Assembly: GCA_034667685.1 (NCBI GenBank)
Contig: JAXDQU010000124.1
Location: 1 to 64,000, forward strand
Length of the DNA stretch: 64,000 nt
Reading direction: 5' to 3'
DNA from: Thermoplasmata archaeon
Lineage (GTDB): Archaea > Thermoplasmatota > SW-10-69-26 > JACQPN01 > JAJPHT01
Notes under the pieces: model-generated
Databases searched by the model: none
Seen by the model: the letters and a program-made list of their open reading frames with translations, nothing else
What the model was told of the DNA's origin: nothing
Part shown: piece after piece, positions 27,300 through 37,206 of the stretch
Position numbering within the stretch: the first letter of the stretch is position 1
Layout: every line of letters starts with the position of its first letter
Program-made: the position numbers and the translations under genes

Positions 27300-27911
27300 A
27301 TGGACCCACCCCGCATGCAGCGCCTTGGCGCCCTCAGCATCGCGCTCGCGGGCCTCGGCGACGTCGCCATCCTGCTCGTCTACGCCCTCGTGCTATCAAA
27401 AGCCGGATTGCGGGGCAACGACGACGTCCTCGACCCCGCGCGCGCCGCCGCGTTCCGCCCTGGCCTGCTCATGATCGCGGGCATCACGCTCGCCTTCGGC
27501 CTGCTGATCCTCCCGGCCGCCGAGGGGCTGCGCGCGCGCATCGCGGGCGCTCCGGACCTGATGCGCCTGGCGACCGGCGCGGCCGCGGTCGCCGCGGCGC
27601 TCTTCCTCGCCGCCGCGCTCGTGCAGCTCACCGCGCCGGCCTCGCTGGCGGGCGACGCGGCCTGGCGCCCCGTGCAGGTCGTCGTCGACGGCCTGGAGGA
27701 CGGCGGCATCTTCGCCGTGGGCCTCGTCTGGATCGTCGCGGGCGTGGCCGGCGTCCGCACCGCAGCGCTGCCCCGCGCGCTGGGCTGGAGCATGGTCGTC
27801 GCGGGCGCGCTGGGCGTCCTCGCGTGGACGAATCCGCTCGTGCCGCTCGTGGAGACTGTGGCCTACGTCGTGACCACGGCCTGGCTCGCGATCGTCCTCG
27901 GGAGGGGCTGA
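27300..27911 (+). CDS. Membrane protein (DUF4386-like)
   Basis: About six TM helices; LPRALGWSMVVAG motif. Confidence 0.75.
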   Translation: MDPPRMQRLGALSIALAGLGDVAILLVYALVLSKAGLRGNDDVLDPARAAAFRPGLLMIAGITLAFGLLILPAAEGLRARIAGAPDLMRLATGAAAVAAALFLAAALVQLTAPASLAGDAAWRPVQVVVDGLEDGGIFAVGLVWIVAGVAGVRTAALPRALGWSMVVAGALGVLAWTNPLVPLVETVAYVVTTAWLAIVLGRG

Positions 27912-27913
27912 CG

Positions 27914-28312
27914 GTGGCCGACCTCTGGCTCGTCGCGCTCGTGTCGCTGCACGTCCTGGGCGCCGCGCTCTGGGTGGGCGGGCAGATCGTGCTGGCGCCC
28001 GCGACGCGCGTCCTGCGCGGCGAGCGCGACCGCATGCGCGCCGTGGCGAACGCCGCGCAGCCCGTCCTCTGGTCGGGGCTCGCGCTCGCGGCCGCGACGG
28101 GCGCGCTGCTCGTCGCGCGGCGCGGCCTCCCGTGGAGCGGCTTGCCGGCCGCGAAGGCGCTCCTCGCCCTCGCGGCGGCCGCGGGCGCCGCGCTGCACGT
28201 CGTCGCGGGCCGCCGCCGCATGTCGCCCGGCCTCGTGGGCGCGGGCGCCGGGCTTGCCCTCGCGGCGGGGCTCGCGCTCGTCGTGCTGGGCGCGATGCTC
28301 AGGCTTTCTTGA
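27914..28312 (+). CDS. Small four-TM membrane protein (CopD/DUF4149-like)
   Basis: LHVLGAALWVGGQ...ATG...AKALL; GGAGG before the GTG. Confidence 0.7.
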   Translation: MADLWLVALVSLHVLGAALWVGGQIVLAPATRVLRGERDRMRAVANAAQPVLWSGLALAAATGALLVARRGLPWSGLPAAKALLALAAAAGAALHVVAGRRRMSPGLVGAGAGLALAAGLALVVLGAMLRLS

Positions 28313-28796
28313 CCACGCTCTTCTGCAGGTAGTCCGTCGTCACGTGCGGGATCTGGCTCTGGAACCAGTTGGCCATCTCGACCTCCTGGTCGAGGATCTC
28401 CTGGCAGACGCGCTTGACGTCGGGAAGGCCCTGCGCGTCGGCCGCGGCGATGAGCGAACGATAGCACGCGATCTCGAAGCTCTCCACCGCGAAGCCGGCC
28501 AGCGCGTTCTTCACGACGGCGTCGGGCGCGGCGGAGGCCGTGAGCCCCTGGAAGTTGGCGAAGAGCTTGCCGAAGCCCTCCTTCAGGCCGGAGGTGCTGC
28601 CGCCCATCTTCTTGATGAGCGCCTCGAGCTTCTTCTCCTGCTCCTTCGTGACCTGGATGTGCTCGTTGAGCTTCATCTGGATGCTCGGCTTGTCGTTCAG
28701 GCTCGCCGATTGCCGCTCGAGCAGGCTCACGAGCGAGACTTCCATCGCGTGCGCGTCGCGCAGCCAGTCCATGATCGTTTCCTTGGCGTCCACCAT
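28299..28796 (-). CDS. Ferritin-like DUF892 (YciE/YciF) protein
   Basis: DWLRDAHAME, HIQVTKEQ, ESFEIACYRSL, ILDQEVEMA. Confidence 0.9.
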   Translation of the reverse strand: MVDAKETIMDWLRDAHAMEVSLVSLLERQSASLNDKPSIQMKLNEHIQVTKEQEKKLEALIKKMGGSTSGLKEGFGKLFANFQGLTASAAPDAVVKNALAGFAVESFEIACYRSLIAAADAQGLPDVKRVCQEILDQEVEMANWFQSQIPHVTTDYLQKSVVKKA

Positions 28797-28915
28797 GAGA
28801 ACCGACCGGCCAACGCGCCGCCCAGGTTTGCCGTCTCCGGAACGATGCGCGAAGTTGGACCACGACGACGCCAGGCGGCGATGGTCTTTTCTCCGGACGC
28901 GCGCCTGGCCCACGC

Positions 28916-30271
28916 ATGGCGGAGGCGCGGCTGCCCGGACGGCTCTCCGCGTTCGTCGCGGGCTGCTTCGTCGTGGGCTACGTCGTGGGCCTCTCCACGA
29001 TCGGCTTCCTCGTGCAGACGACGCCCTCGATGCTCGGCATGGTGCTCGTGCTCCTCGTGGGCGCGCTCTACACCGGCGCCGGCAGCCTCGTCTACGCCGA
29101 GCTCTCGACGCGCGTCCCCCGCGCGGGCGGCGAGTACGCGTACGTGGAGCGCGCCTTCGGCCCGCGCTGGGGCTTCTTCCGCGCGTGGGCCGCGTTCGCC
29201 GTCGTGCTGCCCGCGACGCTCGCGCTCATCGCGCAGATCGACGTGCAGTTCCTCGAGCAGCTCTTCGGCGCGCTCACCCCCGCGGGCGAGACGCAGGCCG
29301 CGATGCTCCTCCTGGCCGCGGGCTTCTGGGCCAACGCCTTCGGCGTCAAGGCGAGCGGCCGCCTCGTGGTCGCGTGGGCCGCGATCAAGGCCATCGTGCT
29401 CGCGGCGCTCGTCGCGGGCGCCGTCTGGGTCGTCGCGCACGGGCGCGTGGCGGCGGACGCCGTGGCCCCCGCGACGCCCGCGCCGCTCTGGCCGCTCCTG
29501 GTCGCCGCCGTGCCCATCGCGATGCTGCTCTACGACGGGAGCTACGACGTCGTCGCGCTCGCCGAGGACCTCCAGGAGCCGCGCCGCGCCCTCCCGCGCG
29601 CGCTGCTGGGCGGCCTGGCGATATCATTCCTGCTCTTCGCCCTCATGGGCGTGGCGACGCTGCTCGTGCTCGGCTTCGCGGGCGCCGACGGCAACAGCCT
29701 CGGCGTGTTCGCGGGCATCGGCGCGGCCTTCGGCCCCGGCGCGCAGCGCGTCATGCTCGCGCTCTACTTCACGGTGGGCAGCGCCGGCACCGCGGGCATC
29801 CTGCTCGCCGCCTCGCGCTACGCGTACGGCGCGGCCCGCGACGGCCACTTCTTCCGCTCGTTCGCGGCGCTGCATCCGCGTCTGGGCACGCCGGTGCGCG
29901 CGCTGGGCCTCGTGCTCGCCTTCGCGCTGGCCTACACGATGATGGCCGGCGTGCGCGGGCTCGTCTCCTTCTACATCAGCGCGCTCGGATTGCTCTCGCT
30001 CCTGGCGGTGGCCGCGCTCTTCCGCCTGCGCCGCCGGGGGCTGGGCGAGCCCGACCACTTCCGCGCGCCGGGCGGCGCGTGGCTCCCGCTCCTCTGGGCC
30101 GCGGCGACCCTCGCCGTGACCGCGGCCTCGCTCTGGGACGCCAAGGACCGCATCGGGCTCGCGGGCGCCGCCGCGATGCTGCTGATGCTGGGGCTCGCGT
30201 TCCCGATCCACTGGGCCGCGACGCGCCGGCGCGCCGATCCCGAGCCGGAGGGCGAGCCCGCGGTTGCCTGA
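28916..30271 (+). CDS. APC-family amino acid permease
   Basis: YAELSTRVPRAGGEYAYVERAFG, YDGS, HPRLGTP. Confidence 0.88.
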   Translation: MAEARLPGRLSAFVAGCFVVGYVVGLSTIGFLVQTTPSMLGMVLVLLVGALYTGAGSLVYAELSTRVPRAGGEYAYVERAFGPRWGFFRAWAAFAVVLPATLALIAQIDVQFLEQLFGALTPAGETQAAMLLLAAGFWANAFGVKASGRLVVAWAAIKAIVLAALVAGAVWVVAHGRVAADAVAPATPAPLWPLLVAAVPIAMLLYDGSYDVVALAEDLQEPRRALPRALLGGLAISFLLFALMGVATLLVLGFAGADGNSLGVFAGIGAAFGPGAQRVMLALYFTVGSAGTAGILLAASRYAYGAARDGHFFRSFAALHPRLGTPVRALGLVLAFALAYTMMAGVRGLVSFYISALGLLSLLAVAALFRLRRRGLGEPDHFRAPGGAWLPLLWAAATLAVTAASLWDAKDRIGLAGAAAMLLMLGLAFPIHWAATRRRADPEPEGEPAVA

Positions 30272-31166
30272 GCTTCCGGACGTGACCGCGTACGTCGAGG
30301 CGCTGCGCGAGCGCGTGCTGGGCGAGCCGCTGATCGCCGTGCGCGTCAACAGCCCGTTCGTCCTGCGCACGTTCGAGCCCCCGCTCGCCGCGCTGCACGG
30401 CCGGCGCGTCGTCGAGGCGCGCCGCGTGGGCAAGCGCATCGTGCTCGCGCTCGAAGGCGGCTTCTTCCTCTCCATCCACCTCATGATCGCGGGCCGCCTG
30501 GCGTGGAAGGCGCCTGATGTCAGGCCGAAGGGGCGCGGCCAGCTCGCCACGCTGGAGTTCCCGAAGGGCGCGGTGCTCCTCACCGAGCAGGCCACGCGGC
30601 AGCGCGCCGCGATGCACGCGATCGCGGGCGAGGCGGACCTTCGCACGCTCGACGCGGGCGGGATCGAGCCGCTCGACGCGACGCCCGCGCAGTTCGCCGA
30701 GGCGCTGCGCCGCGAGACGCACACGCTGAAGCGCACGCTCACCGACCCGCGCGTCTTCGCCGGGATCGGCAACGCCTACAGCGACGAGATCCTCCACGCG
30801 GCGCGCCTCTCGCCCATGCAGCTCACCACGAACCTCGACGACTCGGAGGTGGAGCGCCTGCGCGAGGCCACGATCCGCGTGCTTGCTGAGTGGACGGAGC
30901 GGCTGCGGCGCGAGCGCAAGGGCGGGTGGCCCACCAAGGTCATGGCGTTCCGCAAGGGCATGGCCGTCCACGGGCGCTTCGGCGAGCCGTGCCCCGACTG
31001 CGGGACCGCCATCCAGCGCATCGTGCGCGGCGAATCGGAGAGCCACTACTGCCCGCGCTGCCAGACCGGCGGGAGGATGCTGGCCGACCGCTCCCTCTCG
31101 AAGCTCATGCACGACGACTGGCCCGCCACCATCGACGCCTGGGAGGCCAGGTTTCAGGGGGGTTGA
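30264..31166 (+). CDS. Fpg/Nei-family DNA glycosylase/AP lyase
   Basis: N-terminal PELPDV, HLMIAG, GIGNAYSDEILH, CPDC...CPRCQ zinc finger. Confidence 0.93.
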   Translation: MPELPDVTAYVEALRERVLGEPLIAVRVNSPFVLRTFEPPLAALHGRRVVEARRVGKRIVLALEGGFFLSIHLMIAGRLAWKAPDVRPKGRGQLATLEFPKGAVLLTEQATRQRAAMHAIAGEADLRTLDAGGIEPLDATPAQFAEALRRETHTLKRTLTDPRVFAGIGNAYSDEILHAARLSPMQLTTNLDDSEVERLREATIRVLAEWTERLRRERKGGWPTKVMAFRKGMAVHGRFGEPCPDCGTAIQRIVRGESESHYCPRCQTGGRMLADRSLSKLMHDDWPATIDAWEARFQGG

Positions 31167-31224
31167 CAGATCACAGGGCGCCGCGGCGAAGGTACATTAC
31201 CCCCTCCTTGCAGGACACAGGAGC

Positions 31225-31761
31225 ATGGCTGATTGGAGCAGGCGCGTCTTGATCGTCGCCTTCTGCGTTCTCACCGCCGCGGCCCCCGGGGCTGCGGCGC
31301 AGCTCATCAACGTCGGTCCGGGCGACGGACGCGGCGGGGGCATCGTCGTCTCGACGGGAAGCTCCTCGTCGGACTGCATCAACCTCCTCTACACCTGCGC
31401 GCCCGGCGTCGCGGTCTCGGGCGTCGGCGCGGCCGACGGCGACACCGCCATCGCGCTCGACGGATCGAGCGACGGCGCGATCCTCGCCGTCTCGGGCATC
31501 GGCGACGCGAAGAGCTCGTCCATCGCCGTCTCGACCGTGGGCAGCGCGAAGGCGCCGCTCCTGGCCGTCTCGCTCGTGGGCACCGCCGACTGCGGCGGCG
31601 CGCACCACTGCTACGCGATCTCCGGCACGGGGAACGCCAACAGCCCCAACGGCACCGCCGTGGGCGGCTGCAACTACCTGACGAGCAACGAGATGGGCGC
31701 CATGTGCGGCATCGGCGCGTACAACACCGCCTACTGGGACGTCTGGGATTTGATGGGCTGA
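31225..31761 (+). CDS. Secreted protein with about 13-aa A[VI]SxxGxA repeats
   Basis: Signal peptide; AVSGVGAA, AVSGIGDA, AVSTVGSA, AVSLVGTA, AISGTGNA. Confidence 0.7.
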   Translation: MADWSRRVLIVAFCVLTAAAPGAAAQLINVGPGDGRGGGIVVSTGSSSSDCINLLYTCAPGVAVSGVGAADGDTAIALDGSSDGAILAVSGIGDAKSSSIAVSTVGSAKAPLLAVSLVGTADCGGAHHCYAISGTGNANSPNGTAVGGCNYLTSNEMGAMCGIGAYNTAYWDVWDLMG

Positions 31762-31767
31762 GCGGTG

Positions 31768-32778
31768 TCAGCCGGAGCCCCACGCCAACACGCTCGCGTC
31801 GGCCGCAAAAAGCGCCGCCAGCGGCTCCCCGCCGCGGGGCGCCAGCGCCACGAAGTCCGCGGGCTCGCCCTCGCGCCACGCGCGCATGGCGCCGGGCGGG
31901 GCGAGCGCTTCGCGTGGCGCGTCGATCGCCATGCGCGCCAGCTCGCGCGGCGCCACCTGCGGCCACGCGTCGCGGGCGAAGCGCAGCTCGTCGAGCAGGC
32001 TCACGCTCTGGAGCATCGCGTTGTCGCTGCCCAGGCACGCGACGACGCCCGCGTCGAGCCAGGCGCGCGCGTCGGGCAGGCGCTTGAGCAGCCGCGCGTT
32101 GCTGCGCGGGCACGCCACGAGCGGGATGCGCGCCTGCGCGATGCGCGCGAGGTCCGCGGGCTGCGCCCAGACGGCGTGGACCGCGAAGTCGGGCGCGAGG
32201 TCGAGCAGCGCGTCGAGCGGCTCGCGCGCCGCCTCGCTCCAGTGCAGCGCGAAGCGCTTCCCGGCCGCGCGCGCCGCGTCGCGTTGGGCCTTCGCCTCGG
32301 CGGGCTCCACGTCGCGGATCGCGGAGAGCCCGAGCCCGTCGGCCTGCGCGAGCGCCGCCGCGGGCCGCCCCAACGCGACCGCCTCGGGCCACGTCTCGCG
32401 CAGCATCGCCGCGCCCTCCGGGCCCCCCTCGCGGAAGTCGTAGACGACGCGCGTGCCGGCGGCCAGGGCCTCGGCGCGCGCCTCGCGCATGCCCTTCGCG
32501 AGCAGCAGCGGCGGCGTCTGCGCCAGGAGCTTGTGCTTCAGGCCGTGCGGCGGCGCGACGAGCGCCTCCAGGCTGATATCAGGCGGGATGCGGCCGCGCA
32601 GGGCGAAGTCGCCCACGTGCGTGTGCGCGTTGACGAGCGAGGGCACCAGCACGCCGGTCACGTCCGCGGGCTGGGGCGGCGCGCCGCAGCCCACGCGCGC
32701 CAGGCGCCCCGCCTCCACGCCGACCCACCCCTCGACGAACTTACCCTCCTCCCAGCGCGGCCCGCGGAAGATCCTCAG
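31768..32778 (-). CDS. Amidohydrolase-family metalloenzyme, probable CTG start
   Basis: VNAHTHVGD, LHWSE, VHAV, CPRSN, LGSDN; CTGA overlap with the sua5 stop and GGAGG upstream. Confidence 0.85.
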   Translation of the reverse strand: MRIFRGPRWEEGKFVEGWVGVEAGRLARVGCGAPPQPADVTGVLVPSLVNAHTHVGDFALRGRIPPDISLEALVAPPHGLKHKLLAQTPPLLLAKGMREARAEALAAGTRVVYDFREGGPEGAAMLRETWPEAVALGRPAAALAQADGLGLSAIRDVEPAEAKAQRDAARAAGKRFALHWSEAAREPLDALLDLAPDFAVHAVWAQPADLARIAQARIPLVACPRSNARLLKRLPDARAWLDAGVVACLGSDNAMLQSVSLLDELRFARDAWPQVAPRELARMAIDAPREALAPPGAMRAWREGEPADFVALAPRGGEPLAALFAADASVLAWGSG

Positions 32779-33740
32779 CGCGACCCCTCCGCCGCCTTGC
32801 GCAGGCGCTCCATGACGGCGTGCCCCACGCCCTCCTCGGGGATCGCCTCGACCACGATGGCGTCGTACCCCTCCGCGTCGAGGTCGCGCAGGAGCGCGAA
32901 GAGCTGCCGCGCCCACGCCTCGGCATCGCGCCGCGAGCCCGGCACGCGCACGTCGGGCCCCACGAGGCCGCTCTCCGCCGCGGCGACGATGGCGACACGT
33001 CCCGGCAGCCCCCCCGCGGCCGCGCGCAGCCCCGCCGAATCTGATAGCACGACGCGGGCGCTTGGCGCGTAGTGCCGGTAGCGCGTGCCGGGCGAGCGCG
33101 CGGAGCCCGTCTCGCGCCCGACCTCGCCGAGCGCCTCGCGGATGCGCTCCACGGGCGTGCCGCCGGGCCGGAGCACGACGGGCTTGGGGCCCAGGACCGA
33201 GACGACGGTGGACTCGACGCCGACCTGCGCGGGGCCCCCGTCGAGGTAGACCGCGACCGCGTCGCCCAGGTCCTCCCGCGCGTCGGCGACCCGGGTTGGG
33301 CTGGGCCGCCCCGAGCGGTTCGCGCTGGGCGCCGCGATCGGCAACCCGCTTTCCGCAAGGAGCGCGCGCGCCGCGGGGTGCGCCGGCACGCGCAGGGCCA
33401 CGCTGTCGAGCCCGCCCGCCGTGATATCAGGGACCCGCGGGCCGCGCGGCACCACGAGCGTCAGGGGGCCGGGCCAGAAGGCGCGCGCGAGCGTCTCGGC
33501 GGCCGGGGGCCACGCGCGGGCCAGCGCGCGCGCCGCCGCCAGGTCGGCCACGTGCACGATGAGCGGGTTGTCGGCCGGGCGCCCCTTCGCCGCGAAGATG
33601 CGCGCCACCGCGTCGGGCCGCAGCGCGTCGGCGCCCACGCCGTACACCGTCTCCGTCGGGAACACGACGAGCGCGCCCGCCCGGAGCGCGTCGGCGGCGA
33701 GGCGAATGCCCTCCGCGTCGGGCGCGACGAGACGGCTCAT
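32775..33740 (-). CDS. sua5: Threonylcarbamoyl-AMP synthase Sua5
   Basis: FPTETVYG, KGRPADNPLIVH, FWPGPLT, APSANRSG, SPG..YRHYAP plus SUA5 C-terminal domain. Confidence 0.95.
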   Translation of the reverse strand: MSRLVAPDAEGIRLAADALRAGALVVFPTETVYGVGADALRPDAVARIFAAKGRPADNPLIVHVADLAAARALARAWPPAAETLARAFWPGPLTLVVPRGPRVPDITAGGLDSVALRVPAHPAARALLAESGLPIAAPSANRSGRPSPTRVADAREDLGDAVAVYLDGGPAQVGVESTVVSVLGPKPVVLRPGGTPVERIREALGEVGRETGSARSPGTRYRHYAPSARVVLSDSAGLRAAAGGLPGRVAIVAAAESGLVGPDVRVPGSRRDAEAWARQLFALLRDLDAEGYDAIVVEAIPEEGVGHAVMERLRKAAEGSR

Positions 33741-33800
33741 CGGGCAAACGCACGGGAGATCGGGGGAAAGCCCTTTCGCGGCGTCGCGCCTCCGCCCCGC

Positions 33801-34379
33801 GTGCACGACGTGACGCTGCGCGGCAAGCGCGTGATCCTGGAGCCGCTCGTCCCCGCGATGGCGGAGGACCTCGCCGCCGCGATCCAGCCGGGGGACGACG
33901 TGTACCGCTGGACCAACACGAACCCGCGCACATCTGAAGAGATGCGCGCGTGGATCGAGGCGCGCGGCACGCCCCGCCCCGGCCTGCGCAACCTGGCCTT
34001 CGCGCAGCGCGACCCGGCCACGGGCCGCCTCGCGGGCAGCACGAGCCTCTTCGACGTGGACGAGAAGGCGGAAAGCGCCGAGATCGGCCACACGTGGATC
34101 GCCGCGCCCTGGCGCCGCACGGGCCTCAACACGGAGGCGAAGCTCCTGCTGCTCACCTACGCGTTCGAGACGCTGCGCCTGAAGCGCGTGCAGCTCTGCA
34201 CCGACCTGCGCAACACGCGGAGCCAGGATGCCATCGCGCGCCTCGGCGCGGTCCGCGAGGGCGTGCTGCGCAACTTCCGGCGCAACCTCGAAGGCGGGCT
34301 GCGGGACACCGTGGTCTACAGCGTCATCGCGCAGGAGTGGCCCGCGACGAAGGCGCGCCTCGAAGGGATGCTACGCTGA
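33801..34379 (+). CDS. GNAT acetyltransferase (RimJ/RimL-like)
   Basis: EIGHTW...RTGLNTEAKLLLL.YAFE, N.RSQ.AI.RLGA..EG.LR. Confidence 0.9.
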   Translation: MHDVTLRGKRVILEPLVPAMAEDLAAAIQPGDDVYRWTNTNPRTSEEMRAWIEARGTPRPGLRNLAFAQRDPATGRLAGSTSLFDVDEKAESAEIGHTWIAAPWRRTGLNTEAKLLLLTYAFETLRLKRVQLCTDLRNTRSQDAIARLGAVREGVLRNFRRNLEGGLRDTVVYSVIAQEWPATKARLEGMLR

Positions 34380-34739
34380 GCCGGTACGCTTCGCGACCTC
34401 GGCCTCGACGGCGCGCAGCGCCTCCGCGAGCTTCGCGGGGTCCTTGGCCGCGTCCTTGAGCTGGCCGCCCCAGGTTTGCAGGTCGGAGGTGCTAACCTTG
34501 CGCACGCCGTTGTCCTTCGCCCACTCCGCCGCGATGAGCCGGCCGACGGACTCGATCTGCGCGCGGGCGGCGGGCGCCCTGGCCACGAGGTCCTTCTCGC
34601 GGTCGGCCCACCCGGCGATCGGCGGGAACTTCTGCCCCTCGTAGAAGCGCGTCACCCACTTGCGGTACTCGTCCCAGCTCTGCTTGCCCTGGTTCGCCTT
34701 GTCGGCGTCGTACTTCGCGCGGAAGAAGGCCTCGTCCAT
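34371..34739 (-). CDS. Hypothetical protein
   Basis: Strong codon bias; IAAEWAKDN.VRK motif. Confidence 0.7.
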   Translation of the reverse strand: MDEAFFRAKYDADKANQGKQSWDEYRKWVTRFYEGQKFPPIAGWADREKDLVARAPAARAQIESVGRLIAAEWAKDNGVRKVSTSDLQTWGGQLKDAAKDPAKLAEALRAVEAEVAKRTGSA

Positions 34740-34763
34740 GGCGGCCGCAGGCGCGGGAAATCG

Positions 34764-34769
34764 CTTAAG
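34764..34769. promoter_or_regulatory. Putative bidirectional TATA box (CTTAAG)
   Basis: Exactly centred in the 54-nt gap between divergent ATGs. Confidence 0.55.
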
Positions 34770-34793
34770 GGCTGGCGCGGAATCCCCGCCCCG

Positions 34794-35639
34794 ATGGTCA
34801 CGCTGGTCCTCGAAGGCGGCGCCGCCCGGGCCACGTACGGGAGCGGCGTGTGCGACGCCCTGCTGCGCGCGGGGCTCGTGCCCGAGGCCATCTACGGCAC
34901 CAGCGCGGGCGCGGCGATCGGCGCGTGGTTCGCCTCCGGCCAGACCGAGGCGGGCATCTCCACGTGGGACGCGATCGGGGAGCGCGAGCTGCTATCGTTC
35001 CGCCGCGCGTTCACGCGCAGGCCCATCATCGACTTCGCGCGCCTCTACGGCCACATGTACCCGAACCGCTTCGGCATGGACGTCGCGCGCCTCCGCAGCG
35101 CGCCTTTCCCGGTGTGGGTCACGCTCACCGACGCCGAGCGCGCCACGTCGCGCTACGTCGACCTGCGCCGCGCGCCCGACCCGTTCAAGGTGCTCCACGC
35201 CACGAGCGCCATGCCCATCATCTCCGAGGCGCCCGTCGTGCTCGAGGATGGCCGGCCCTACGTCGACGGCGGGATGACCGACCCGATCCCGCTCGCCAAG
35301 GCGCTCGCCGACGGGCACCGCGATATCATCGTGGTCACGAACCGCGTCGAGGGCGACCGGCGCCCGGAGCCGGCCTTCGTCGTCTCGCTCGTGGGCCGCA
35401 GGTTCCCCGCGCTGCGCGCCGCCACCGCGCGCCACCACGCCATCCAGCAGGAGGCGCTCGCCCTGGCCGCCCACCCGCCCGAAGGCGCGCGCGTCCGGCT
35501 CGTGCGCCCCCAGCGCCCGCTGGGCATCTCGCGCCTCACGCGCGACGTGCGCAAGCTCCGCGCCGCGGTCGAGACGGGCCGCGCCGACGGCGCCGCGCTC
35601 GCGCGCGAGATCGGCCTCCTCCCGAAGGCGGCGCCATGA
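34794..35639 (+). CDS. Patatin-like phospholipase
   Basis: LEGGAAR, GTSAG, VDGG motifs. Confidence 0.9.
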   Translation: MVTLVLEGGAARATYGSGVCDALLRAGLVPEAIYGTSAGAAIGAWFASGQTEAGISTWDAIGERELLSFRRAFTRRPIIDFARLYGHMYPNRFGMDVARLRSAPFPVWVTLTDAERATSRYVDLRRAPDPFKVLHATSAMPIISEAPVVLEDGRPYVDGGMTDPIPLAKALADGHRDIIVVTNRVEGDRRPEPAFVVSLVGRRFPALRAATARHHAIQQEALALAAHPPEGARVRLVRPQRPLGISRLTRDVRKLRAAVETGRADGAALAREIGLLPKAAP

Positions 35640-36763
35640 TCGCGGTGCGCGCGCACGCCGCCCTGGGGCTCGCGCTCGCCGCGCTGGCCGCCGCCTCCGC
35701 GCTCGCGGGCTGGCCGATGCCCGACGCGCACGTGGCGCTCTCGCTCGCCGCCGTGACGCTCGTGGCGCAAGCGCTCCTCTTCTGGTACCTGCCCAGCTTC
35801 GCGAAGCGCGAGCTGATGACGCTCCCCGTCGCGCAGTTCGCGTGCCCGTGGCTCGTCGCCGCGGCCGGCGTCGTGGGCGCGTTCGGCATCGGCCCGCCCG
35901 CGGCCGCGCTCGCCGCGCTGGGGCTGGGCGCGACGGGCGCGGTCGTGCTCGCCAGCGCGCTGCGCGGCAAGCCCTGGCGTGGCGGCGTCCCCTTCTGGCG
36001 CGCGCCGGGCGACCGGCGCGGGTCCGACGCGGCCGCCGCCCTGGCGCTCCTCTCGGGCCTCGTGGGACTCGTGCTCGCGGCGCTCCTCTTCGTCGCGTTC
36101 CCGTTCCACAGCCCTCCGCCGACGCTCGCGTGGATCGCCGCGCTCGCGATGCTATCGTTCGGCGCGCTGGCGCACTGGCTTCCGCGGCTGCGCGGCGTCC
36201 CGCTCGCCATCCAGCCCTTCCGCCTCGGCGTCCTCGCCTTCGACGTGGGCGCGCTGCTCGCCGTCGCCGCCTTCCTCGCGCCCCCCGTCGTCGGCCTCGC
36301 CGCGGCGTTCCTCCTGGGCGCGGGCCTCGCGCTCGCGCTGGGCGCCCTCGCCCGCCCCGCCGGAAAGGAGCGCGGCCCCCGCGCCCGTGACGCGGCGCCC
36401 TTCCTCCTGGCCGGGGCGCCCCTCGCGCTCGTCGCCGCGCTCCTCGTCGTCGCGGGCTTCCCCGCCAGCGCGCCGCTCGTGGGCGCCGCCGCCGAGGTCG
36501 GGCTCGCCGCGCTCGCGTGCGCCTGGGCCGCGCTCGCCCTCCTCGGGCTCCCCGTCGTGCTCAACAACGTCCCCGAGACGCGCGCCACCTGGCCCGCCGC
36601 GCTGGGCCTCGCGCTCGCCGGGCTCCTCGCCGGCGCCTCGCAGCTCGTGCCCGTCCCCGAGTGGGCCGCCGGCGCGTGCGCGGCGCTGGGCGTCATCGCG
36701 CTGGGCGTCGCGCTGGCGCCGCTCCGGACGCCGCGCCGCGACTGCCCGCCGCAGGATTCTTGA
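35636..36763 (+). CDS. Polytopic membrane protein of unknown function
   Basis: About 12 hydrophobic helices; ATGA overlap with the patatin gene. Confidence 0.7.
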   Translation: MIAVRAHAALGLALAALAAASALAGWPMPDAHVALSLAAVTLVAQALLFWYLPSFAKRELMTLPVAQFACPWLVAAAGVVGAFGIGPPAAALAALGLGATGAVVLASALRGKPWRGGVPFWRAPGDRRGSDAAAALALLSGLVGLVLAALLFVAFPFHSPPPTLAWIAALAMLSFGALAHWLPRLRGVPLAIQPFRLGVLAFDVGALLAVAAFLAPPVVGLAAAFLLGAGLALALGALARPAGKERGPRARDAAPFLLAGAPLALVAALLVVAGFPASAPLVGAAAEVGLAALACAWAALALLGLPVVLNNVPETRATWPAALGLALAGLLAGASQLVPVPEWAAGACAALGVIALGVALAPLRTPRRDCPPQDS

Positions 36764-36786
36764 CGGAGGCCAGGGTAGGAGGCTCC

Positions 36787-37068
36787 GTGGCCGCGCCCGA
36801 GTACAGCGTCCTGGAGCTCTGCAAGAACAGGGCCGGCTACGAGGCGATCCCGAAGACGCGCCTCAAGCTCAAGCTCGCCGACGTCGAGCGCGACCTCGCC
36901 TCCGCCGGCTTCGAGCCGCTCGCCAACGCGGGCATCGTCCTCGTCCTGCGCTGGGAGGACGTCGAGCTCTCCGTCTTCGAATCGGGCAAGCTCCTCTTCA
37001 AGACGCGGGAGATGGACCAGGCGCGCGTCGCGATGGCGGCGTTCAAGGGCGCGATGGGGTGGACTTAG
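36787..37068 (+). CDS. Small hypothetical protein
   Basis: GGAGG before the GTG; ELSVFESGKLLFKT motif. Confidence 0.7.
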   Translation: MAAPEYSVLELCKNRAGYEAIPKTRLKLKLADVERDLASAGFEPLANAGIVLVLRWEDVELSVFESGKLLFKTREMDQARVAMAAFKGAMGWT

Positions 37069-37089
37069 CATGGTTCTCCGTGGGCCGAC

Positions 37090-37190
37090 CCCCAGGAACA
37101 CGAAGGCACGAAGACACGAAGACACGAAGCTTGGTGTCTTCGTGTCTTCGTGCCTTCGTGTTCCTGGGGTCTGGGGGCAGAGCCCCCAGC
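37090..37190. repeat. 36-bp perfect inverted repeat of CACGAAGA octamers plus a small adjacent hairpin
   Basis: 37090-37125 pairs with 37134-37169; then CTGGGGGC-AGA-GCCCCCAG. Confidence 0.9.
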
Positions 37191-37206
37191 GTGGAGGCAA
37201 ATCCCC

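Noticed and set aside
37090-37190. Octamer repeats as CRISPR or IS ends
   Set aside because: Tandem units form one hairpin; no unique spacers, transposase or evident target duplication
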